This document shows, in pieces, positions 33,639-44,623 of a stretch of 64,000 bases of DNA. The stretch lies in contig JBHIAC010000004.1 in the NCBI GenBank assembly GCA_046758365.1, positions 3,211-67,210 of the forward strand, given 5' to 3'. The DNA comes from a bacterium (GTDB taxonomy: Bacteria; Zhuqueibacterota; Zhuqueibacteria; Oceanimicrobiales; Oceanimicrobiaceae). The first letter of the stretch is position 1; every line of letters starts with the position of its first letter. The notes under the pieces were generated by a model that was given only the letters and a program-made list of their open reading frames with translations, was not told the DNA's origin and ran no database searches. Made by a program: the position numbers and the translations under genes.

Positions 33639-36554
33639 ATGAAAATGTCACTGCGATCTAAAAGATATACTTTTCGGAAGCTAGTCCTAATTTCGCCTGT
33701 TTTCCTCTTAATCTTCTTTAGGCCAAGTATATCTTACCTTTATTCACAATCCATGGATATATCTGATAGTCAAACAGAAATTAGCTTTGAGGATAAGCTT
33801 GCTTTTTATTTAGACCATAAGAGTAAGAAATTTTTATCAGATATGGCTAATAAAGAAAAATTGCTTTTGCAGATGATTCAAAACATTGCCACAGAATTAA
33901 AAAATCGAGGAAAAAGGGCTATATTAAATAATGAAATTGGCTATGAAGATATCTTTAGTGAGTCCGACAGATTAATTGCTGAATATTCTAAGGAGTTAAA
34001 CCAAATCCTCCACATATTAGAGAAAATTGGGCAATTGGAAAAGGTAGTGGACCAGAACAGCGATTTAACTTCGTGGGAAAAACTTGCCGAGCTGCGAGAA
34101 AGACTTGTTGGGTTGCTGGAGAACCGGAATCTTTACAAGGAGGGCATTCATACCCAGAGACGTGTATCGGAAATGTTTCAAGATTATTACAGTGAAGTAG
34201 ATTCCTTATTATCCCTGTACAAGCGACTGAATAGACTTGAACGTCAGGCTAAAGCCGAAAGCGATCAACAAATGCTTGAAAATATCAAAGTTCAAAAAGC
34301 TAAGATTAGTCTTCTTTTAGGAAAACTTAAAACCACTACCTCTGATACCCTGACCGATAAATATATGAATGAAACCGGTTTAATCGTTAATATTTTAAAA
34401 GAGTTAGATGTTTTAGAAGCAAAAGCTGTCAATCAAAATACTGATGTTAGCCTTCAAATTGAAGAATTGAAAAGAATTATTTTGCGTAATGTTGATAATC
34501 GTTTGCTAACCCTTATGGGATATGACTCTTTTAGATATGATGGTCCAACCGTTTCTGAAATTTTTAAAGAGTGGAAAGCAGGGCAGATCGCTGATTATAA
34601 GGTTCGATACACCCAATATAAAATAATGAAAAAAAATCTTCTTTCAAACGCTTCTTTCAAAGAAAGATCTAGACTCCTGGAAATGGATTTAAAGGATGCT
34701 TTTTTAAATTATATTGACGGTGATTATGCACTTGCTGAACTTCAATTTAATACAATTTTGGAAGATTATGGAGAATATTTTAAAAATCTTGAATCCGTAA
34801 TTTTCTATCGTGCAGAAAGCTTTTACGGACGCCGTTTATACGAAGAGGCTGTCAGGGATTATGAAAGAATTGTTAACGAATATCCTAATTCCTCATATTT
34901 AGGAGACAGCCTATTTCGTTTGATGATTATTAATGAAAAATTAGGCAACATAAACGACTTTTATAAATATTTCGATATCCTCAAATCTGATTCAAACAAG
35001 GTGGATAGACGTTGTTACAATCTGTGTAATTATTTGGCTGGTTATGTTAAATTAAAAGATTCAAAATTCGATGAGGCAGAAGAAGCTCTATCAAATGTTG
35101 TAAAAGATTCAAAATACTACCTGAATGCGCGCTTCCTGTTAGGGATTGTATTTGTAAATCAACAGAATTATACGAATGCTATTGAAATTTTCAAAGATTT
35201 GTCCTATCGAGATAATTATCCCTGGACAGACCCTCAAGCAACTTTTATTCGAAATAACTCTCTTTTGAAGCTGGGTTATATTCATTATGAACTTGGTGAA
35301 TATGAAGAAGCACTAAAGTATTTTAATAGCGTTTCACCCGGATTTAGTGACTATGATAAAAGCCTTTTAGGGGCTGCTTGGACAAATTTTAAACAAGGCA
35401 ATTATGTCCAAACTATAGAAAATGTTAATCGTCTGTTTCAAAATTATTTAGCCTCCAATTATACTTACGAAGCTTTAGTTTTATCCGCCCATAGTAAAAA
35501 ACTATTAAAAAAACAAGATTCTGCACTAAGAGATTTACAATATGTTGCAAATGCTCAAAGAGTTTTAGAATTATCAGATCAGTACAATTCTGAGAGAAAT
35601 TCGATTCTAAATAAACTTACAGAGTTAGACCAAATAGAAGAGAAGATTTTAGAACGACGTGATAAAGAACTATATAAGGTTTCTTCTCAAATAAGGGATC
35701 ATTTACAAAAAATGCTGTTACAATTTAGGCATCACGGAACTACGGGCAGTTTAGTTTTAGAAAGTTTTGAAGATGAACGTAAAGCTATTATTAAACAATT
35801 AGAAGAATTAGATAGAATAATTACTCAAACAGACGCAAGTGGAGAAAAAGAAATTGTAAACGACGCCTACAAACAGCGAGAGAGATTAATGAAGGCATTG
35901 GATGAATATCAAGTAGATAAATCTATTCAAAACATAAACTATTTTTTAGAATATCCACTCGCAACTAAAGAAGGGATAGTGAAATACCGAAAAGGTATTT
36001 TAAGTAATTTAATTCAACAATTGGAGCAAGAACGCCAAAGAATTCAAGATAATTTAAAGAATTTACAAATATTACAGAGTAAAAATTCTGACTCTGTGCA
36101 TGATTTAGATGCAAAGTTGGAATTAGAAATTTTGAAAGAAGATTTAAATATTCTTAAAAATCGATCAATTCAATTTCGAGCCTGGTTAGCTGAAAACCAA
36201 GTTCAAGAATTAAATACTGATTTTGCACGATGGGCGGATTTTTCCGGTTATGGAATAAGTGATATGACCTTTCAAAATATTAAGGAAAGAGATTCAAAGA
36301 TTTCAAAACTCTCAAGCAATATTAATTCGATTAATCAAATTTTGGAGGAACGAAGAAGAACCTTAGAACAAACAATGGGAGAGTTTGATGAGGAAGTTAA
36401 ACGAATAGAGGAAGAGTTGAGAAATGAACAGATTGAAATAGAGAGAAGGGAAAAAGAGAAATATTTTAAAGAATTGTATTTTGACACGAGTAAGCGAGAA
36501 GATAAGGAAAAGGAAAAACCTATTGCACCGAAAGATTCCAGTTTGCCTAATTAA
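33639..36554 (+). CDS. secreted/anchored coiled-coil plus TPR protein (CpoB/YbgF-like architecture, 971 aa)
   Basis: N-terminal hydrophobic segment, long heptad-rich stretches flanking central TPR units (e.g. AESFYGRRLYEEAVRDYERIVNEYPNSSYLGDSLFRL). Confidence 0.55.
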   Translation: MKMSLRSKRYTFRKLVLISPVFLLIFFRPSISYLYSQSMDISDSQTEISFEDKLAFYLDHKSKKFLSDMANKEKLLLQMIQNIATELKNRGKRAILNNEIGYEDIFSESDRLIAEYSKELNQILHILEKIGQLEKVVDQNSDLTSWEKLAELRERLVGLLENRNLYKEGIHTQRRVSEMFQDYYSEVDSLLSLYKRLNRLERQAKAESDQQMLENIKVQKAKISLLLGKLKTTTSDTLTDKYMNETGLIVNILKELDVLEAKAVNQNTDVSLQIEELKRIILRNVDNRLLTLMGYDSFRYDGPTVSEIFKEWKAGQIADYKVRYTQYKIMKKNLLSNASFKERSRLLEMDLKDAFLNYIDGDYALAELQFNTILEDYGEYFKNLESVIFYRAESFYGRRLYEEAVRDYERIVNEYPNSSYLGDSLFRLMIINEKLGNINDFYKYFDILKSDSNKVDRRCYNLCNYLAGYVKLKDSKFDEAEEALSNVVKDSKYYLNARFLLGIVFVNQQNYTNAIEIFKDLSYRDNYPWTDPQATFIRNNSLLKLGYIHYELGEYEEALKYFNSVSPGFSDYDKSLLGAAWTNFKQGNYVQTIENVNRLFQNYLASNYTYEALVLSAHSKKLLKKQDSALRDLQYVANAQRVLELSDQYNSERNSILNKLTELDQIEEKILERRDKELYKVSSQIRDHLQKMLLQFRHHGTTGSLVLESFEDERKAIIKQLEELDRIITQTDASGEKEIVNDAYKQRERLMKALDEYQVDKSIQNINYFLEYPLATKEGIVKYRKGILSNLIQQLEQERQRIQDNLKNLQILQSKNSDSVHDLDAKLELEILKEDLNILKNRSIQFRAWLAENQVQELNTDFARWADFSGYGISDMTFQNIKERDSKISKLSSNINSINQILEERRRTLEQTMGEFDEEVKRIEEELRNEQIEIERREKEKYFKELYFDTSKREDKEKEKPIAPKDSSLPN

Positions 36555-36560
36555 TCAAGA

Positions 36561-39500
36561 ATGATATTAAATTCAACTATCAATAGCAAAATGAAAGTGA
36601 AATTTGTTTATTCTTTCATAATTATTAGTTCTATATGGACTTATAGCAGGGGTCTGTCTCAAGAAAGCAACCTTATAGGAATTGCAGAATCAGGATTATC
36701 CGCGGATTCCGTCCTTCAAACCTATACAATAGAGGAGTTATTGAAAATTAAAAATTATTATAATAATGAGACCGAACGCTTGTTGAGAGAAAAGGATGAA
36801 CTGCGGCAAAGTGGTATCAAGGATATGGAATTTTTTATTAAAGGCCATCCGGATAGTCAAATATTAGACAAAATTATCATTCGTTTAGCAGAATTGTATT
36901 ATGAACAAGCGGTTCAAGATTTTGGAGTTGCCATCGACAAATATAACCAATTATTAACTCTTTATGACCAGGGCCAAATCCAGGAAATGCCCCAAGAACC
37001 CGTTAAAGATTATAGTAGAACTCTGGGGCTTTATCAGCAAATTATTGATAAATTCCCTGAAAGTTCTTTACTTGATGACGCGATTTATAACAAAGGATTT
37101 TTATTAGAAGATTTGGGTAAACAAGAACAGGCCATCGAAGTGTTTCAAGAACTTATTGATTCATTTCCTGAAAGTCGATATGTTCCTGATGCCTTGATGC
37201 GGATGGCTGAATATTATTTCAATCCTCCTATAAACAACATCGAAGAAGCGATCGCGCTATATAAGAAAATTTTGAATTACAAAGAAAATTCAATATATGA
37301 TGCAGCTTTATATCGTCTTGGTTGGGCCTATTACAGATTGAGTGATTATCCTTCGGCTATATCTTACTTTACCATTTTAACCGATGACATCGAAAGCGCC
37401 AAACAACTTGACCCTGAATATAAATATCATTTTCCTGCCGTTAGGGATGAAGCCATAGAATATATTGGCATTAGTTTTTTGGATTACGGCGGCCCGGTTC
37501 TGGCCGCGCAATATTTTAATGAAATTGGCGGAAGAGATTATGGGTTCGATGTACTTAAAAAAATCGGTGATGTTTACATAGATGTTAAAGAAGAATATGA
37601 TAAAGCGATAAATGCCTATCAACTCCTTTTGTCAATGTACCCAGAATCAACTGAGGCTCCAAAGATACAAGCTAAAATAGCGGAAGCCTATCGAAACATG
37701 AAAGATGAACAGATGACTTATGTTAGGAGAGCTGAATTATATCATAAATATAAATCAGGTAGCGAATGGTGGGATAATATTAAGGATCCAGAGGCGAGAG
37801 AAGATGCCCTTTCTTTGGTTGAAAGAGCGCTTCGAGATAACATTAATTTGTTATTAAAACGAGCTGAAGAAACGGACGACCAAAATCTGTACCTCCAAGC
37901 AATTAACGACAGCCGTGACTATTTGTCCACATTTCCTGAAAACAGTAACGCTCCTCAGATTCATTGGAATTTGGCATTGACTTTAGATTCAAAACTTGGT
38001 ATGCATGAAGAGGCTTTTGATGAATACATTAAAATTAGCAACTTATATGTGAATACTAGATTTCAAAAGCAAGCCGCAGAGAACAGTATTGCTCTAGCGG
38101 ATGATGCTGTTAGACGAGACAGTCTTTCCATTCAGAGCCAAGTTTTGCCTCTTACCATCGGCGAAATTCGAGAAGGATTGAGTGTAAAGGATAGTTTGAG
38201 GCAAAGATTAAATCTTCAAAGAGAAGAACTCACACAAGATGAAAAGAGATTGGCTTTTGCTTTAGACAACTATATAAAGCATTTTCCACTCGAGCCAGAG
38301 ACCGCTAAAATTCTGGCTAAAGCAGGGGCTATATATTATGAACGCCACAAATTTAAAGAAGCAATTAAATATTTTAAAACTCTGACAAAACATTTTCCCG
38401 AAGGCCCTGAGACTAATTATGCTCGTTATATTGTTATGGAAAGTTATTTTGGGAAATCGGACTATAAAAGCACTGAGATTGTAGCAAGAAAGCTAAGAGA
38501 TTCAAGTCCCGAATACTCTTTAAAAGCAAAAAGACGATTAGCTGAATCTATATTTTTACAAGCTAAATCATATTCAGATTCGTTGCGCCATTTACAGGCA
38601 GCACAAGAATATCGCAGGATGATTACTGAGGAGCCCAGCGTTAAATTTGCTGATCTAGCCTTGTACAATGCGGCATCGGAATATGAACAGGTTAAAGAAT
38701 ATAAACGAGCGGTGGAAAGTTATAACCAACTGCTAAGCCAATACCCCAAATCTGAGCACTATTTAAATGCTCTGAATAATCTGGCATTTGACTATAGAGA
38801 ATTGAGTGATTATTTTAATGCTGCCTTGACTTATGAAAAGTTGGCGGATTTACAGCCAGATGAAGAAATGGCCCAAGTAGCGTTATATAATGCGAGTGTC
38901 TCTTATGTACAAGCTGAAAAATGGAAACGAGCCATCAAAGTGAATACAAAATTCGTAGAGAATTTTCCCAACGCGGAAGATGCTGATGAACTGTTATTTA
39001 ATAATGCTAATTACTATTTGAAGTTAGGTGATTTTGATAGTGCAAACAATATTTATGCAGAGCTTGCAGAGAAATTTCCGGATTCTCCCCGCGCGGTTGA
39101 AGCCTTTTATTATCGTGGTGAATATTTTAAGGAAAATAATCGCTTTGATGAATCCAAAGATGAATTTGAAAATGCCGTAAACAAAAGCAATGAGTTCAAA
39201 GAACGCGGGTTAGATGCTAATGAATTTTATGCTGCTGAAGCACTATATCAGTTAGCAGAGATAAAATACAATGAGTTTAAAACCATTGAGTTTAAGCTGC
39301 CTCCAGCCGTTATGTCAGGAAACAAAGTTAAAAAGAAGGAACTCCTCTTAGACCTAGTAGACAGTTATACAAAAGTAGCTGGATATGGAACCGTTCGACT
39401 TTATGAAGCAACCTATAAAATCGGTAAGGTATATGAAGAATTTGCAGAAACTTGGGCCAATCAAGATATACCGGAGATAGAAGAGAACCGTCGAATTGTG

Positions 39501-41129
39501 GCCCAAAAAGAAATAAATAACACCGCTGCAGAACTATACGAACGGGCTGTTGAAGCGTACAAAAATGGTGTAAAGGTATTATCGCGATTTGCAGAAGTCT
39601 ATAGAAATTCCATTAATCCCGATACAGTATTCTCCAAAATAGCTAAAATAGTCACAGAAGATACGACGTTAATAGCCGCTGAACCATGGATTAATAAATG
39701 CAAGATCAAAATTTCAGAAACTTTATACGATATAGCGGAAATTAATTTTGAATCAGTAGACCAGCTTCTAAATGCTCCACCGCCTCAAGGTATGAAAAAA
39801 TTAGAAGAATTGGTTTATCGAAATCAACTTTTGGTGAAAGCTGTTATTCCACTCATAGAAGAAATTATTGCTGCGCACACTCGAAATATAAATGAAGGAG
39901 TTGAATTTAATCTTGACAATCAGTGGATTCAATTATCAAAAAGTAAAATAGTAACCATAAGAAATTTAGTTCCCAATGAATTTAAAAATTTGGGATTTGA
40001 GGCACTTAATGGCTACCGTGATATAGTTACGCCTTACGAAAATTTAATAGAAAGTGGTGATGAAACTGCATTTGAATTGGCGGATCAAATGGCTAATTTC
40101 CTTGAGATTAGTAAATCCTATATGTTGGCCAGTGCAAAAGGGTATAAGCAAAGTGTTCAAAATGCCCGTTCTATGAGTATTCATACCGAAGAGGTTGCCA
40201 CTCTTGAAGTGAATTTTATAGAATCTATTTTTGAATATGGAAAATTAGCTGATTCTCTTTCGATTCAAGCAAATGTCAAACGTCGATTTTATGAAAATCT
40301 TTTCAAAGAAACTAATCGTATTGACTACGAGGATGCCTTGTTTACCTTTGAAGAAAACCATTTTACTTTACATGATGCTACCTATGAGATTCTTAAGTAT
40401 GGATACCAAACCAGTGAGGAACTTAATATACAAAATCCATGGAGCCATAAAATTAAATTAGCCCTAATACGGATGAATCCTGAAGAGTATGCTGGTATTT
40501 TGGGGATGGAAATTGAAACTAAGCTAATTCCTTCGACTACTACTTGGTTGGTTGATCCAAACTACCATGCTGGCTGGACAGAAGTTGATTTCAAAGACTC
40601 ACTTTGGACAAATGCCATTGAATGCGGCCCAGGAACTGAGTTTACTGGGAGTACAGCAAAAAAGATATGGTTGCAAACTGAACCACGTAACAATTCAAAC
40701 ATGGATATAACCCAAGTAAGTATTTCAGATACGGCAGGCGATACATTATCCTCAGGTAGTTTATCCCAATTTCAAAATCGTCCTAACAAAGCTTATTTTA
40801 GAAAAGCATTTGAAATTGTAGGACTGCCGGTTTCTGGATTAATACAATTAAATGTGGATGACTCATATACTCTATTCTTAAATGGACAAAACATCGCTCA
40901 ATTTAAATACGATTCTACACAAGAATCAACAACTCATGTACATAATCTTTCAGAATTTCTTAAAAGTGGGAAAAACGTTATAGCTTTAGAAGTGCATGAT
41001 TCAGATAATTCCTTTGGGAGTTTAGAGGCAGTTTTGGAAATTAAGAATTTACCAAAATGGTATAATTTTCAGGAAAAGATTAATGAATCTAATATAAATA
41101 ATTTGAATAACTTAAAATCGAAGAAATAG
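36561..41129 (+). CDS. giant TPR-repeat protein (1522 aa) with a C-terminal beta-sandwich-like domain
   Basis: Signal-like N-terminus and many BamD/YbgF-like TPR units (DDAIYNKGFLLEDLGKQEQAIEVFQELIDSFPESRYVPDALMRMAEYY). It starts 6 nt after the previous gene. Confidence 0.55.
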   Translation: MILNSTINSKMKVKFVYSFIIISSIWTYSRGLSQESNLIGIAESGLSADSVLQTYTIEELLKIKNYYNNETERLLREKDELRQSGIKDMEFFIKGHPDSQILDKIIIRLAELYYEQAVQDFGVAIDKYNQLLTLYDQGQIQEMPQEPVKDYSRTLGLYQQIIDKFPESSLLDDAIYNKGFLLEDLGKQEQAIEVFQELIDSFPESRYVPDALMRMAEYYFNPPINNIEEAIALYKKILNYKENSIYDAALYRLGWAYYRLSDYPSAISYFTILTDDIESAKQLDPEYKYHFPAVRDEAIEYIGISFLDYGGPVLAAQYFNEIGGRDYGFDVLKKIGDVYIDVKEEYDKAINAYQLLLSMYPESTEAPKIQAKIAEAYRNMKDEQMTYVRRAELYHKYKSGSEWWDNIKDPEAREDALSLVERALRDNINLLLKRAEETDDQNLYLQAINDSRDYLSTFPENSNAPQIHWNLALTLDSKLGMHEEAFDEYIKISNLYVNTRFQKQAAENSIALADDAVRRDSLSIQSQVLPLTIGEIREGLSVKDSLRQRLNLQREELTQDEKRLAFALDNYIKHFPLEPETAKILAKAGAIYYERHKFKEAIKYFKTLTKHFPEGPETNYARYIVMESYFGKSDYKSTEIVARKLRDSSPEYSLKAKRRLAESIFLQAKSYSDSLRHLQAAQEYRRMITEEPSVKFADLALYNAASEYEQVKEYKRAVESYNQLLSQYPKSEHYLNALNNLAFDYRELSDYFNAALTYEKLADLQPDEEMAQVALYNASVSYVQAEKWKRAIKVNTKFVENFPNAEDADELLFNNANYYLKLGDFDSANNIYAELAEKFPDSPRAVEAFYYRGEYFKENNRFDESKDEFENAVNKSNEFKERGLDANEFYAAEALYQLAEIKYNEFKTIEFKLPPAVMSGNKVKKKELLLDLVDSYTKVAGYGTVRLYEATYKIGKVYEEFAETWANQDIPEIEENRRIVAQKEINNTAAELYERAVEAYKNGVKVLSRFAEVYRNSINPDTVFSKIAKIVTEDTTLIAAEPWINKCKIKISETLYDIAEINFESVDQLLNAPPPQGMKKLEELVYRNQLLVKAVIPLIEEIIAAHTRNINEGVEFNLDNQWIQLSKSKIVTIRNLVPNEFKNLGFEALNGYRDIVTPYENLIESGDETAFELADQMANFLEISKSYMLASAKGYKQSVQNARSMSIHTEEVATLEVNFIESIFEYGKLADSLSIQANVKRRFYENLFKETNRIDYEDALFTFEENHFTLHDATYEILKYGYQTSEELNIQNPWSHKIKLALIRMNPEEYAGILGMEIETKLIPSTTTWLVDPNYHAGWTEVDFKDSLWTNAIECGPGTEFTGSTAKKIWLQTEPRNNSNMDITQVSISDTAGDTLSSGSLSQFQNRPNKAYFRKAFEIVGLPVSGLIQLNVDDSYTLFLNGQNIAQFKYDSTQESTTHVHNLSEFLKSGKNVIALEVHDSDNSFGSLEAVLEIKNLPKWYNFQEKINESNINNLNNLKSKK

Positions 41130-41152
41130 ATAAAAAGGGGTATTCAATCTCC

Positions 41153-41503
41153 ATGCATAAATATAAAATTTTCTTATTCACTGTTTTTTTATTTTTAATT
41201 ATGTTCCAAACAGTTTTTGCTCAAGAGAATTCAACCTCAGTAAAGACAGATACCACACAAGTAGATTCGATTCAAGAAATAGTTTTGGAAGAAATTTTTA
41301 TTGAGGCAGTAATTGAAAAGCCCAATGTTGCTATTTTGCCCACTCGTGAAATTCCAGATTTTGAAGAGATAAAATTTATCCATAGGTCATTTGAGCATGA
41401 ACTCAAGTCATGTCCGCAAGAGCTTTTACTTTTAGAAAGTGAACTTGAAACAGTAAAGAAGATAGAAAAAATTAAAAAAATTCTTGCAAAAGAAAAGAAT
41501 TAA
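41153..41503 (+). CDS. small secreted protein, unknown function
   Basis: Signal peptide ...QTVFAQEN, 116 aa, embedded in the operon. Confidence 0.5.
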   Translation: MHKYKIFLFTVFLFLIMFQTVFAQENSTSVKTDTTQVDSIQEIVLEEIFIEAVIEKPNVAILPTREIPDFEEIKFIHRSFEHELKSCPQELLLLESELETVKKIEKIKKILAKEKN

Positions 41504-41601
41504 CTTTATATTTTAACTATCATTTTTTAAAAAAACAGGGCCGCTAAAATATAATAAACAATATATATTAGGTTAAATAATTATTAAGGAGGATATTTAC
41601 T

Positions 41602-42252
41602 ATGGTTGACATCTTAGAACATTTCCGTCCTGGAGCTTCAGCATGGTTATTTATGTGGGCTCTCTTGATAACTTTGGCCTTTATGGTAGCAATAGCCGTA
41701 GAACGAAGCTACTATATTTGGGTAAAGTCAAATATCAATTCCAATAAGTTTATGGCTGAAATCCGAAAATTGGTCAAAGCAGGGGAATATAAAAAAGCGT
41801 TAGAACTTTGTGAAGCAGCTAAAGATAAGGCTTTGGCACGCGTAGTTAGCGCTGGACTTCGTAAGGTTGCCGAGAGTGAAACCATTGATTTCAGAGCTAT
41901 TCAAAATTCTGTGGATGAAGGGACTCTCGAAGTCATTCCAAAGCTTCAAGAAAGAACTGGATTTTTAGCTATGATTGGTAATGTATCAACATTGATTGGT
42001 CTCATGGGAACTATCTATGGTCTTATTTTGGCTTTTAACGCAGTTTCTCAAGCCGGGTATGATGCGACGCAAAAGTCAGTATTTTTGGCTGCGGGTATAT
42101 CTACCGCTATGAATACTACGCTTATGGGACTTGCCATTGCAGTTCCTGCCATTTTAATTTATACATTTCTCCACAATAAAACTATACAGATTATTGATGA
42201 AATTGATGAACACACGGTTAAATTGATTAACCTTATAACCGGGGATAGATAA
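41602..42252 (+). CDS. MotA/TolQ/ExbB proton-channel family protein
   Basis: Three TM helices with the conserved GLMGTIYGLI and STAMNTTLMGLAIA segments, preceded by the strong RBS AAGGAGG. Confidence 0.85.
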   Translation: MVDILEHFRPGASAWLFMWALLITLAFMVAIAVERSYYIWVKSNINSNKFMAEIRKLVKAGEYKKALELCEAAKDKALARVVSAGLRKVAESETIDFRAIQNSVDEGTLEVIPKLQERTGFLAMIGNVSTLIGLMGTIYGLILAFNAVSQAGYDATQKSVFLAAGISTAMNTTLMGLAIAVPAILIYTFLHNKTIQIIDEIDEHTVKLINLITGDR

Positions 42253-42255
42253 ATC

Positions 42256-42783
42256 ATGGCTTATAGACCTTCATTTCGGAGAACCCATAAAGCAGTAAGT
42301 GTAGAGCCAAATCTCACTCCTGTAATGAACCTAATGGTGGTGATAATTCCTTTACTGCTCTCTTCAGCTCAATTAATTAAGATTAGCGTTATTGAACTAA
42401 ATTTGCCCCCTGCTGCCGGCGCAAAATCCGTTCAAGGTGATAAGCCGAAAGAGACCGAGTTAAAATTAGATTTGGCTATTACTATTACGGATAAAGGATT
42501 TTTTTTGTCAAGCGCCGCCGCTATAATGAAAACAGAGAAGGGGCCTTCCATTCCTAAAATAAATGGGGAATACGATTATGCTTTACTTTCTCGAAGACTC
42601 TATGAAATTAAACAAAAAGCTATCAGTAAGTTTAAAGATAGTGATTCCATTATCATCCAGGCTGAATCGCAGATAGATTACCAGACATTGGTAAGTACTA
42701 TGGATGCTTCCCGTTCAATTGAAATAGAAAACAGGCAAATAAGTTTATTTCCTAAAGTCTCATTCAGTGCATTAGTACTTTAA
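42256..42783 (+). CDS. ExbD/TolR-family biopolymer transport protein
   Basis: LTPVMNLMVVIIPLLL TM segment followed by a periplasmic domain. Confidence 0.8.
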   Translation: MAYRPSFRRTHKAVSVEPNLTPVMNLMVVIIPLLLSSAQLIKISVIELNLPPAAGAKSVQGDKPKETELKLDLAITITDKGFFLSSAAAIMKTEKGPSIPKINGEYDYALLSRRLYEIKQKAISKFKDSDSIIIQAESQIDYQTLVSTMDASRSIEIENRQISLFPKVSFSALVL

Positions 42784-42853
42784 TAAATAATCAAATTAAA
42801 ATTTGCATTTCTTGAATTTTTATTGCTATTAATTTCAAGTAATTGGAGTTCTT

Positions 42854-43348
42854 ATGGCCTTTATACCATCACGGATTAAAAAGCACGATACTAATCCTGG
42901 AGTTGCCCATTTAAATCTTACTTCTATGATGGATATGTTTACCATAATTTTAGTATTCCTTTTGAAAACTTATACTACAGAGGGTCAATTAATTCAACCA
43001 TCAGAATACCTAACTCTTCCCAAATCTACCATTCAAACACCCCCAGAAACGGCATTAGATTTAGTTGTTTCCAAAGAAGTCATTATGTTAAACGATAAGC
43101 CTGTGATCAAATTGGAAAGTGTGCAAAAGCAAAGAGGATATATTATCAAGCCCCTTCAAGACGAACTATTATACCACGCTAAGGAAGCTAAAAATATGGA
43201 AGAACAGTTTGGGGTTCCTTTTTCAGGTAAAGTAACAATTCAGGCTGATAAGAGTATAATATATAAAGATTTGGTAAAATTGATGGCTACCTGTGGTGTT
43301 TCCGAATACGCTAATATGCGACTTGTCGTATATAGAAAGGAAGAATAG
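42854..43348 (+). CDS. ExbD/TolR-family biopolymer transport protein (second copy)
   Basis: LNLTSMMDMFTIILVFLL TM segment and the ExbD-like C-terminus ...VTIQADK...YKDLVKLM. Confidence 0.8.
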   Translation: MAFIPSRIKKHDTNPGVAHLNLTSMMDMFTIILVFLLKTYTTEGQLIQPSEYLTLPKSTIQTPPETALDLVVSKEVIMLNDKPVIKLESVQKQRGYIIKPLQDELLYHAKEAKNMEEQFGVPFSGKVTIQADKSIIYKDLVKLMATCGVSEYANMRLVVYRKEE

Positions 43349-43408
43349 TGTTTAATTAGTGATTTATTACAAAATCATCTGCACTCATTGGAAATTAAAG
43401 GTGAAACT

Positions 43409-44557
43409 ATGAAAGAGGCAGAAAAAAATCCCCATTCAGTCAAAAAAAACAATTTTGATTTCAGTAAATCAGGCCAAGATTTATTTGAATCAAAAATAAT
43501 AGAATTTCCACAAGAATTTCGCAAATCGCTTTTAGATCGTATAGATCAACGCTTTTTTGCAGTATTAATTGGTTCCTTTATACTTCACTTTGCTTTAGTG
43601 ACCTATTTTTTGTTAAATCCGCCTCCCAAAGAGAAAACTTATAGTAGGATTGCCAAAATTCAAGAACGTTTAGCTAAAGCCTTAAAGCAGCGAGAAATGG
43701 CAATGGAAACGCAATTCGCTAAATTTGAATTTACTGAAAAGAAACCGGATGTAGAGAAAGAAGAGTTTGAAAAAGAGAGTTCAGAAACAAAGTTAGCCAA
43801 AAAGTCTACTGCCAAAGGTAAAGCTTCGAAAAAAACAAGACGGCAAACACTCCGACGAGGAAAAAGAAGTAGCGGGGGTGGTAAAGTTAAATCGCAAGAA
43901 GAGATTGCAGATGCCATTGGTTCTAAAGGCATCCTGGCTTTACTGACGAGTACTAGTAGTATCGCCAGTGGAGAAGAGGTAGAAGATATTTTAGGTTTAT
44001 CAGGTGAAAGTCAACAAGATTTAGATAAAGTTCTATCGAGTTTGTCTGGAATCAAATCAAGTGGTAAACCCACTGAAGGAAAGGGCGGACCTGGAATTGG
44101 GAGTGCCTATGTTAAAGGGGGTCGTGCTGAAGGTGGTGGCGGAATAGATGACTTGGTTTCTAATTTAGGATCAACCAAGTCTAACTCATTTGAACGATCA
44201 GGCGAGTTGGTAGTGGTAAGTGAATCACCCCTCATTGAAGGAGGCGGTAAGAAGGGTATTGTGGGAAGAAATCAAGATGATATTCAGGCGGTCGTGTTAA
44301 AGCATAAACATGGAATTCAATACTGTTATGAACGGGAATTGAAAAGGAATCCGAATTTAAAGGGCAAACTGGTTGTTCGTTTTACTATCACGTCCCAAGG
44401 AATAGTAAAAAGTGTGAAGATTGTTTCTTCTACTTTAAATAATCGTAAAGTTGAGCAATGTGTTATTAGAAGAATTCGGCGCTGGAATGATTTTGGTTTT
44501 AATGATCCGTCTTTTGGCGACACCACTATACGCCAAGCTTTTGCTTTCGGTTATTAA
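43409..44557 (+). CDS. TonB/TolA-like energy-transducer protein with an AgmX/PglI-type C-terminal domain
   Basis: Single TM (FFAVLIGSFILHFALVTYFLL), a K/E-rich linker, a Gly-rich tract, and the C-terminal IQYCYERELKRNPNLKGKLVVRFTI...G.V..V.I..STL...VEQCV.RRIRRW.F pattern. ATG 43409 (SD-like AAAGGTGA upstream) is preferred over TTG 43388. Confidence 0.65.
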   Translation: MKEAEKNPHSVKKNNFDFSKSGQDLFESKIIEFPQEFRKSLLDRIDQRFFAVLIGSFILHFALVTYFLLNPPPKEKTYSRIAKIQERLAKALKQREMAMETQFAKFEFTEKKPDVEKEEFEKESSETKLAKKSTAKGKASKKTRRQTLRRGKRSSGGGKVKSQEEIADAIGSKGILALLTSTSSIASGEEVEDILGLSGESQQDLDKVLSSLSGIKSSGKPTEGKGGPGIGSAYVKGGRAEGGGGIDDLVSNLGSTKSNSFERSGELVVVSESPLIEGGGKKGIVGRNQDDIQAVVLKHKHGIQYCYERELKRNPNLKGKLVVRFTITSQGIVKSVKIVSSTLNNRKVEQCVIRRIRRWNDFGFNDPSFGDTTIRQAFAFGY

Positions 44558-44623
44558 TTACCCTTAATAGACCGGGGAGGGGAGGGTTAAGAATATATCG
44601 TTTAAAATATTAGTAACTTGAAA

